Shown in pieces: positions 53,701 through 64,000 of a stretch of DNA of 64,000 nucleotides (within the stretch, counting starts at the first letter, position 1; each line of letters opens with the position of its first letter). The translations under genes were made by a program, and so were the position numbers. The DNA is from Rhina ancylostomus (lineage: Eukaryota), in the NCBI GenBank assembly GCA_030265395.1, contig JARFYF010000022.1, forward strand, positions 30,471,120 through 30,535,119, written 5' to 3'. The notes beneath the pieces were generated by a model that was not told the DNA's origin, searched no databases, and saw only the letters and a program-made list of their open reading frames with translations.

Positions 53701-56700
53701 ACAGACAACTGTGAATGGCTTGCAATGTTCGAAAGTAAGGAGGCTAAAAGCAGTAACCCAACAACTTTTTAGTACATTGGAAGGTGTGAAAGGAAATTAT
53801 TGCATTCATGAAACTCTATTTCTACAATCTGGTTAGGTAACACATGACATGCTATCTTCCAAATGTTGACCTGTAAGATATAAACCATTGAGGCAATACA
53901 CAAGACAACACAGATACTGAAAAAATAGAAGTGTGGCTCACTGGGAAGGATAACAAGACAGGTTTGCTGTTTGGTGGGCAGTGTTTTCGTAAATGGTTAC
54001 AACTGATCAATTGTTAGATCAGTGAATAAATCATGTTATAAGCAAATTGTGGCATCCTTCATAAAAAGATAAAATGTAACTATTATTAACAGTGCATATC
54101 CTGTTAGTTGTCTGGTCACCAGGTTCTCAGATCAAGAGGTTTTAAGCACTCTGATCACTGTTCCAAAAGTACTGTTCTATGATACTTTGTGAAATTTAGC
54201 TAAAATACAATATAGGTAAAGATTGCATTCCATTGTGCTCGGGATGCGTTGAGATGATAACTTTTAAACTCTGATATTTCCACTGGACAAGCCAAACTTA
54301 CAACTTCATTTATCTATGCTGATATATCATTATAACAATGGGTCATCTCTTTGAGTACTCCTATCAATTACCTGAACCATCATTCAAATACTTCCATGTC
54401 AAAATCTATTACAAATGAATATAATTTATTCTTTTACATAAATGCATCCTCAATACTAATTGCAATGACAGGAAATAAAAAGTTGGAAATATACAATAGA
54501 TAACTTGGCATACCTAAGTAGAAGTGATACCAATGTGGGTTTTGGCTTAGATGTCTTTTTATGTTCAGACGCATCTGCCATTCCCTTAAATAGTTAGAGC
54601 ATCTTTTATGGAAAGCTATCCAGACTGCTTAATATCTACTTCTATGATACAGCCACAATGGTATCCCTTTGTGTGCTGAAGAGTACATTCATATCTTTCA
54701 CACATGTCCTTCTTCAATCTCCCGGAAGGTGGACAGGGCAGACGTTTGGTAAGATGAGGCTTGATGTAAACAGCTGCTTTATTTCACAGTGCATGAAAAC
54801 GCAGAGCAACAGTTAAGATTATTTTAAGCAGGACAACTTATCTACATGTAATGTTACCAAAATGGTTGTAAGGTGTTTATTGAATACTGAGACGTTAATG
54901 AATTGCTTATTGTTCACAGCCTTTGGGGGGAAAGATCTTCATTAGCACATTAACCAGCTCTGTTCTAGGTGCCATTTATTTAAAAAAAATTGTGAGAATA
55001 CATTTGCTTTGAAAATGCAACATTAGAAGTAACACATTCCAAATCTTTACTGTGGAAGATTGGTGAAAAGGATCCCAAAATGGGACAGGAAACTAGGTTA
55101 ATTATTCCCATGTGACCCTCATAAAGGACCAGACCTGAAATGCTAACTCATCTTTCCCCTTCAGGTGTTATTTGATCTGCTCTTTACTTGAATTTTGATT
55201 TCAGTTTTTCAACATTTGCATTTGCTTGTGTTTCCAGTTCCACTGTGGCGATCTATTTACCGACAATGTCATTCTCTAATTATCCCAAACACATGGATGT
55301 CATTAGACATTAGGTTTTAAGATTTTATGGAATTGACAGGTCGATTACACATATTGTTCCAATTCCACATTATAATATTCAGCATTAGAGATTCAGAGAC
55401 AATTCTTTCTGTGGATCTTACAGGAAACATGTGAGAATTTGGAAAGCTGCAAAGGACATTCAGTACTCAGAGGGATAACACACAGTTCTCTAAAGAATTT
55501 CAAGTCCCAGAACAACAACAGCTTCTAAAATACTACATCTGTTTTTTAAATACTGTTTCTAAATCCCATTTAAATATGTAATGTAACATTTTTCATTCCA
55601 ATCCACCACAGCAAAGAAGGAATTCACACTCCATGTTTTCTGCAGTCTAATTCAGTTATTTTGTTGTGAACGAGTATTCTCATTCCTAGTCTACAATCTA
55701 TTGTACTAAACAGCTCTCTGGACCTCAATATACTGGAAAAGAAAAGCCCAGGAATGTGAGGAGAACAATTTCTTTTGAGGAAGAAACTGCTGCAAATGGC
55801 ACAACAGGTCAATCTGAAAGAAAGAAGGGTAAGTATTTCAGGTGAGACCCTTCCCAAAATAATACTAAATAATGTTTTTTCCTTTCAGAGTCTGTTCAAC
55901 CTGCACTGCATTTCCAGCATATTATTTTTAAAATAAAATCTGAATATATAAGAAGCAGCTCTACTGGTATAGAAAAGATGGAATGAGTTGGGTTTGAGGG
56001 ACAGGAAAGAAAGAATCAGGTCAGGAGTTTTCACTTAAGAGGATTTGACCATAGGTGGACAGGACATGCTGCATTTCAAGTCCCGAGACAATGCATTATT
56101 GTCATTTTATTCTCACAGCTGTAAATTCATAGCTGAATATCACCTTATAAAATATGATGAATCGATTATTCACTTTATAGGAACCTGTTTGAATTTGCAA
56201 CAGATATTAGTGATGGTAGATTGAGAAACAAAAACAAAAGCCTTTCACCTCCTATAAGTAACTTTCAAATTACCACAGCAGAGTATGTAAAAGAAATATT
56301 AAAGTTCTTAAAGCATGACATGCTTAAACACAGCTGTGAAAACAGTCTGCTGAAAAATTATAACTTAATTTTAAAAAATTGAGCTATGAGGTGTTTTCTT
56401 TAGGAATAATGTACCCTCATTTTCACTCAGCCAATAAAGTTGTTTCCTGTAATCAAATTAAATTGAAATGTATTTATACAAGAATTCATTTAAGACAAGT
56501 CCAAAGACAGGGTTTATTTAATTTTAAAAATTTCACATGTAGTGTTATTTTTATGAAGACTTTAAATACACATTTTATTTTTATCAACTTCACTCAAAGG
56601 GCCCTATTTTGTTCTCATCCTGATTTCGAACTCTAGGGCAGTGCTAGGCCAGATCACACTGATGGTTAGCCGGTGGTTTCAGACATCTATACCAGTGCAG

Positions 56701-57317
56701 CTGACATCCCATGGCACCCCTGAATACAGCGAGTTCAGGGGCAGATCCAAACCATACTAAGCAAAAGGCTGAATACACTTTGCATGGCCTCATCATTACT
56801 CCTCAGCATTAGACCAGTGACCATCAATAAAAAAAAAGTGAAGCTAAGATTTTAGTTTTTGGTCCTTTATTTTAATTTAACATTTTAATTAATTTACATA
56901 ACTTGGTGTTTTCANNNNNNNNNNNNNNNNNNNNNNNNNNNNNNNNNNNNNNNNNNNNNNNNNNNNNNNNNNNNNNNNNNNNNNNNNNNNNNNNNNNNNN
57001 NNNNNNNNNNNNNNATTTATTTTTAATAATGATTTTTAAAAATTTTTTTAATAATGATTAAAAAAAATATTTCAATAGTTTTTACATGTCCCTGATCACC
57101 ATAGATATGCTGAAGATGGCCTGTGACACCACAAACTGCCTGAAGGATCTCAGGACCATCCAGGAGAAGGACCGGAGTTTGTGACGTTTTGAGGCTTGGC
57201 CCCTGAGCAGACTACTCTGCTTTGAGAGATGGCCAAGACAGTGAAGCTCTAGGACAGTGAGAGTTACAGCATTGCAAAGAATAAGCATAGCTGGAGGCAT
57301 CCTGCAGGGGTGGGGTT

Positions 57318-57670
57318 GGGGGCCACAGTGGTACAGTGGTTAGTGCGCCTATCTCACAATTCTGGGGCCTGGGTACTATCCTGACCTTGGGGTTGTCTGT
57401 GTGGAATTTTCATGTTCTTCCTGTGACCTCGTGGGTTTCCTCCAGGAGCTCCGGTTTCCTCCCATGTTGAAAACATGCTGGTAATTGACTACTATAATCT
57501 ACCCCTTACTTAGGGAAATCAAAAAAAAGTTGAGTTGATGGACACAAGAAAGAATAGGTCAAAGGCTACAGGAAAAATAGGAGAGGGAGAATGGGACTGA
57601 TGGGATAGCTGTGTTTGAAGCCAGCATGGACTGGATGAGCCAAACGGCCTCTTTCTGTGTTGTAACGAGT
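57318..57670 (+). mobile_element. V-SINE
   Basis: gtggtacagtggttag head, cgtgggtttcctccaggagctccggtttcctccca core, gagccaaacggcctctttctgtg tail. Confidence 0.8.
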
Positions 57671-60179
57671 ATATGAAGAGCATGATCTGGTCCTTTATCA
57701 CGAGTGAGTCAAAATATATCAATCCCTTACAGGCTGTAAGCATGTAATCAGTCTCACATTGTAGTCTTCCAATCACTTGCCACATATAAATTGGTGACAA
57801 CACTTGTCTACAAAACAGCAACTGCATTTGAAAGATTATCCATTGGTTGGAAGTCATTTTGGGTTGATCTGACATAATAAGGAACAAAATTAGTATTGGT
57901 CCTTTCTTACTTCACAGTCTAATGCAGTACTGAATTCTAAATATCACATGTACTTAACTTTGGATAAGATCCTAATTAAGACAAGTGTGATATAGATAAA
58001 CATTAAAATATTGCTCATTTTGACTACTNNNNNNNNNNNNNNNNNNNNNNNNNNNNNNNNNNNNNNNNNNNNNNNNNNNNNCGTTTTAAAATGTTTTTTC
58101 TTTTAGGTATAATTATAATCTCCAATGATAAACAACCCCACACTTATTTTAATATTTTTAATGCAAAATTTCACATCAATGCAAATTTTCAGGAAACAAA
58201 ACATGTTTTATAGGTGACACTAGTCTGACTATTAAGCTTACATAGCTCTACTTATGATCATTATAAGGCATTCACAGAAACAGTACCAAATCCTTACTTT
58301 TTATCTATGCTATTCATAGTAACCCTAATGGCTGATTTGATAAAACTATTGACCCTGTGATACTGAGCTCTACGGATCTACTTTCCACCTTCAGTCTATT
58401 GGGTATACCCAATCCTGACTATCTGTCAGTGACTCTTGATGAATAGGTGGATTTCAAGAGAACATTTGGCTTGGTGTAGTGTCCACCAACTGAGTGACAT
58501 ATTAGATGGCAGTGTGTCAGGTTGAGTCAGTAATTTTAGAAAAATTGGGTAAAACAAATTTTAAAAACCATTAGAAACCATATTTATATGAACATGTTAT
58601 CAGGTGCTGATCTCTCAATCAGCTTTCATTTGAATCCCAACACCCACTGAAATTGGCATTTCATTACTTTGCAAGAGCAGTTTTGCTGGTGAACTACTCA
58701 TGGGATGAAACGCCTCACAATAAACAAAAGGGGCTAAAGAAATGTAAGGAGAAATTTACAACACAAGTAGACTTTCCAAAACTCTATTAAGCAAAGCTTG
58801 AAATTCATTTATTCTGAAAAAGCATACAAACAGCCTCAGCTGCCACTAAACTGTAAGTCTGAACCACAATCAAAACTGAAGAAGAAGTTAAAATACCACA
58901 TAGTTTCTTTGAAAAATAGTTTCAGGGTCCTCCTGCATGAAGTTAGGTTCCATTGCCAAATGAATAACCCTAATCAACTGAGACAGCTAAGTAGACTGCA
59001 TTTATTTTTGATCTGCTGCTCTGACTGAAGTACCAGGAATATTCCTGAAAAGATCTGATGACCAGGAATGACTGTTGCCCTGATCTTTTCATAAATCTGT
59101 TAATGTAAATGAAAAAAGCAAGTACAAGTGGGATTAAGATAATTCAATGAGATTCAGATTGCTTGTAAAAGAAATCATCACAGACTCATTGGGTCATTTG
59201 GTACTGTGAATTTTGTTGATCTAAAGCCCTTTAGTTCCGTATAATGGAGCAGTTGGGTGTGTATGTTGAATTCACCAAGCATCAGATTGTTGAGGTAAAT
59301 GGGAGTCCATGGATACATTTTTAGGGTGCATTGGTCGAGATATCTTACAGAGACTGTAAGATGAATTATAATTCAGTGATATTGTCACTAACTCGGCAAT
59401 CCTCTCCTCACATCTGTATAAGTCAGTTCTTCACCCTTATATAATTGTGATCCACCCAGTCAGTTCTCTAACAATACTCTCAGTGATCATTGGTTATACA
59501 CAAATATTCTCAAATTATAAATCAGTCACAAAAAACTTATTTTTAATTGATGGTTTTTATTTTAAAGTGTGAAGATGGGAAGTTGCTCCAATTAATTAAA
59601 TTTTTTCTAATTTATGTAAATATTCTATTAGGCTTCTCTTCATGTCATCTTTACGGCTATATTTCTCCTCAGTGCTTTCTTTTAACCTCTGTTCCTTCTT
59701 CTCTATTACCCACGTTTCTTTTTTTATTGTTTGCCTGAGTCTTGGCAGTGATTTGCCATATTTATACAAGGGTTATTCATTGACAGAATGATTCCTAGGC
59801 AAAACAATCAGTCCGTGTACTTAATAAAACAGGCTACAAACATATCACTGCTTGATCAGGATATGTTTCTCTATATAAGAGAACTAGACAATGGAATGAA
59901 ATGTTGATGCTGGTGACAACTAGTTGAATATGATGAAAGGACTACGGACTCACTATGAAATCTGGAAAGGTTATTTTATCGTACAGCCCACAAACATGGT
60001 AATTTTTAAATGACATGCATTTAAACTTAGGCAATTCTGTCACTGGGTTTCAGCAGCCGAAAACAACTCTGTGCCTACAGCTCAGAAGTGATGGGATGTT
60101 TTGACTTGTGAATTGTCCCTACATATAGCATTACATTCNNNNNNNNNNNGTATATAATTAGTTAGCATTATGGTCTTAC

Positions 60180-60400
60180 TGCTGTCTGCCTTTACAGTTC
60201 GCTAACAGCGCCGAGTGTCTCTCCATATCAAAACGGATATCCTATTTCTGCCAAGCTAAAGTTGTGGTTTATCAACTCCGACTTGCAAGTCACAAACTGT
60301 CCTTGATGATAACACTAGCTTATCATTCCTCTCGCACTGTGACAGAATTTTGTAATGCAGCTGGCCACCAAACTCACAAATAAACCTGGCTCTGACTGCA
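60180..60400 (-). other. Candidate upstream (alternative first) exon of SOX6; 5' boundary unknown
   Basis: Non-repetitive sequence. Donor-like GCA|gtaaga at 60180/60179. ATG at 60226 in GATATGG context reads in frame into the MSSKQ exon. No transcript evidence. Confidence 0.3.
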
Positions 60401-61889
60401 AAATAAATGTGCTTTTTAAATAATTTAAAAAATTAATTGTATTAAGAGAAAGCACCTTTGTTTTATGGTTACTGGCAGGAGGGCTTCAAAAGATATCGTA
60501 CCCTACTCTGTGATGCTTCATGATATTGAGTCAAATGTTAGGCAGAGCAGTTTTAAAATATAGTTACAAAACTATTCCAAAAATACCAAAAAGATCACAA
60601 TTAATTGTAAAATATCAAGCATCTTCTTTTCAGTGTTCAACAAGTACTCTCCAGTAGTATATATGGTATAGACAAGGATGTCAATGAAATATAGGTGAAT
60701 GGCTGGGAGGGCTGGCACAAAACACTGTACTCAACTGATTGGAACAAACAACACTGCTTGCAGTGCTAAGTTGTTTAAATAATTGTACCATGTACCAATG
60801 AAAGATGTACAAAATCATTAACAATACAAACTTCTTTCCAAAGGAGATAATAGAAGACACTAATATTTCCACTTTGTGTTTCTATTGTTTATGTAATTAA
60901 ACTAGAATTAGGAAACTCTCAAAATAACGATTAAAAATCAAAAACCATTTTGTATATATGTATTTAGTCTAGCTAATTCTGAAAGTAAAACAGTCAATAA
61001 GCCTTAAATTTCCCTGAGTATTATTTATTATTATTGTTGTTGTTTAGGGGATTAGGGAACTAATAAGATGTTTCTACAAATAGCTTTCTTAGATCCTGCA
61101 CAAACTTGTGATGAATGATTTGCAGCAATTGAAAGGAGACTCCACACTTTGAAACTTTAAGGAACATTATTAAGAAGCCTTTGCAGTAATAAGACAGCCA
61201 AGAGCTATCCACAGACTAAGGTCTGTACTCAGAAAAATTACTATTTCCTACTGGTGCAGTGATTGTGTCTCTGTTGTTCCACTCTTTCCTTTTACCAATT
61301 GTGGTAGGTTCTATAGTGGAATATGGATATCCAAATGCATAAATGACCATAATTACACGATTGTGTTTCTGCAGCATATTCAGAAATCCATCATGTTATT
61401 CAGTTCCTAAGCTATTGACTGCAGTTTGACGTTTCTACAGAGGGAGACCTGGGAACTGCACTCCCTAATGTAAGTGGATTTGTACTGGGGAGATAAGACT
61501 CCCACAAACTATTGTGATGAAAAGTCATCACTTTTACCAAGTGGGTAAAAATCTTCTGTCAACGTAGTAGGAGAAATTATATCCTACAATTTCTTAACTA
61601 TTTTGATACCTTAAAGGAAAAAAATGTGATTTTTAAAACTTTGCAAACTTCATAAACCTGTGTGAATTCTTAACATCATGATGTTTTGGGTTTTGATTGT
61701 GCTTGGTGGCTCTCAAAACGAAAGTTGTCAGCACCAGAATATAGCAAGTTTTCCATTTCTTACCTCTGACTGCAGTGTCTGGAACTTTGAATAAAGCCTA
61801 TCCCAGCACATTAGTGTATCTTAACCCTTGAACTACAGCTTGACTGCCAATACTCATATCACATAGGACTTGCACAATTAGTAGATCTT

Positions 61890-62242
61890 GACTCATCACG
61901 ATACAGAAGGAAACCATTCAGCCCATTGAGTCCATGCTGGCTTCAAAGGGGGCAGGGGTGGTGGCAATCCTATTAATCTCTTTTCCTCTCTCTTTATTTT
62001 CCTATCGTCCTGCAGCTCATTTTGTCTCACACATGCCCATCAACTCCCCATCGTTTTTTTTGGCATTAACCTACTGTGTGGGGTAATTTACCAACAGCAT
62101 GTCTTTGGGATGCAGGAGGAAACAGGAGCACCCAAAGGGAGTTTGTGCAGTGATGAAGACAGCATGCAAACCACATACATACAAGCATCAAGTTCAGGAT
62201 AAAACTTGGATCCCTGGAGTTGTGAGGCAGCAGCACTGTGAA
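61890..62242 (-). mobile_element. V-SINE, decayed
   Basis: ccattcagcccattgagtccatgctgg tail, gtctttgggatgcaggaggaaacaggagcaccc core. Confidence 0.7.
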
Positions 62243-64000
62243 AACAGTTCAATACATTTCCGATAGGTGAGCAGGCATGGCACCATGCATTGAACCACCA
62301 AAGCCCCTCTTAAAAACAGTTTAATAGAATAGTAGTCAAAGAAATAAAATAGCATTATCCAAAGCATTACCAAAGCTATTCCACATCCTCTGAATGTTTC
62401 ATGCATCTTTTTGGACATTTTAAAATCACAAGATCATTTCTCCCATCTGTAACATTAAGCAGATGTTGAAAATGTGAACATTCTGAACATTGATAAAACA
62501 TTAATTTCCTTCACAAATATAATTTAACATGTGACAAAACTCCAAACACATTGAATTAGTTTCACGGAGTTAATTTGAATCTTAATTGTTTTGAAATTTG
62601 GGCTATGTAGCACAATGGGATGAAAGAAGGATAAGCTTTTATCATCGTGCTCTGATTGATTAATATATACATACTGTAAAAGCTTATAATCCTACTTGGG
62701 CCACTCATTAAACAACAATTAGTCATGTCACATGAACTGAGAGGCTCATACCTCCAGGCTCTATTAGTAACTACTGAGAAGTCACATTCCCTCAGGGAGA
62801 CTGGAATTGCAGTCAATCTTAAAGAAAGGAGTGCCCCAAAGCACAGCAATACAGCAAGTCTTACTTTTGTTTCCTCAAGTAAAGAATTATTTGTTGATTT
62901 TGGTGGAAATGTAATTTTTGGTATCTGTACTACCTGAATGGTATCTTTTTTTCTCTCAGGCATACTTCCATCTAAGGCATTTATCTAGTAAGATTGACAC
63001 AATTTGTCATTTTAACATGTACAGAGGTAAATGTTGAGAACGTGAGGTTAAGAGTCCAGTCTCCCGAGGGTAACTTCCAGCTTCAAATTCATTTCTAACT
63101 GGTCAGAGTTAAGAGACATTCTTTCTACGTTTCACTGATATGCCTCATTTACAAGTGGTGCCATAATGTTGCTGACTTGGGACAGTATCTCCGTGTCCCT
63201 TCCAATGCTAAAAACAATAGTACTGGTGGAGGTGGGGTGAGCCAAGCCGATTTCTGCTGCTCACATTACTTCCTGGCAGTCACAACAAGATAATAAATAT
63301 GAAATGGGAATTCCAGCTGATTTTTGCCCTCTCCCTGGCCCAAAGATGTTGAAGCCACTTGTAGGATTTATGCCCCTTGTGACTGTGATTAGTGATATGT
63401 CAGATCAAACCTTGGCTCTTCTTGATCTGTGTAGTTCAGCTCTGCTCTGAGCATTAGTTTTTATCAGGACAGCCAGGGAGAAAGCTTCCAATAAAATAAT
63501 GTTGTAATTTATTTTAATATATTACATTTCTAATTGATTTTAAATATTTTTGATTGTCAGAGCTGTTCCGAAATATTTAAAGCCCTGACAGTTGTGAAAG
63601 CTAGCATAGCTGAGGTGAAGTTTAATCAGCTGTCAAAGGCTTCCAAAAGCATTTTCATGAGCAGGACTTCTTATGGCCCATCCACACCATTTCATGACAT
63701 TGGTCGAGGGCCTCCTGCTCAACTTCAACAGTGTATGGCTAAGCAACGTTGGCCTTCTGGTGTTAGGTAATATACAATCAGTGGAGTGGTGAGTAAGGAT
63801 GGTGAGCTTGTTTCAATCAGTCATAGTACTTTACTGCGCAGAAGCAAGTCATTTCATCTTCTCTGTCTGCGTCAACCATTTGTGCTCAACATGAGCCTCC
63901 CCCCCTTACAATGTCTGATCCTATCAACAAACATTCCCTTTTCCCCCCATGTATAGTCAGTTTTTCTTTAAATCTTCTTCACTATATGCTGCAATATACA

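Noticed and set aside
57015-57070. Repeated ttttaataatgatt units
   Set aside because: Low-complexity AT sequence at a gap edge; uninformative and possibly an artefact.
1-64000. Remaining 60-150 aa ORFs and the idea of a novel multi-gene system
   Set aside because: Many begin at TTG/GTG, span N-gaps or overlap decayed repeats. They are consistent with chance ORFs, with no coherent exon chain or operon-like structure.

Overview
Eukaryotic, AT-rich, CpG-depleted vertebrate DNA from a gapped draft assembly. The repeat complement (V-SINEs, Deu-domain SINEs, CR1, Rex1/Babar and Penelope-like relics) looks like a cartilaginous fish, probably a ray or shark (inference). The only host gene I can support is SOX6 (SoxD transcription factor) on the minus strand. 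Its first canonical coding exon (36659-36905, MSSKQ...) and the next exon (1414-1624, ...[24 protein letters not shown]...) are joined by a 35,034-bp GT-AG intron. Everything else is intron, filled with decayed transposons. Apart from the two SOX6-overlapping ORFs and a few TE fragments, the ORF track is noise. Most notable: (i) Penelope-derived repeats, often folded back as inverted pairs, carrying decayed minimal hammerhead-ribozyme cores; (ii) a candidate upstream SOX6 exon near 60.2 kb that would add an in-frame N-terminal extension; (iii) a non-coding LTR pair with TGTCA..TGACA ends and a 5-bp target-site duplication; (iv) nested insertions, a palindromic element and candidate enhancers. 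I found no convincing novel multi-gene system. Family assignments are by eye, with no database search, and TE boundaries are approximate.
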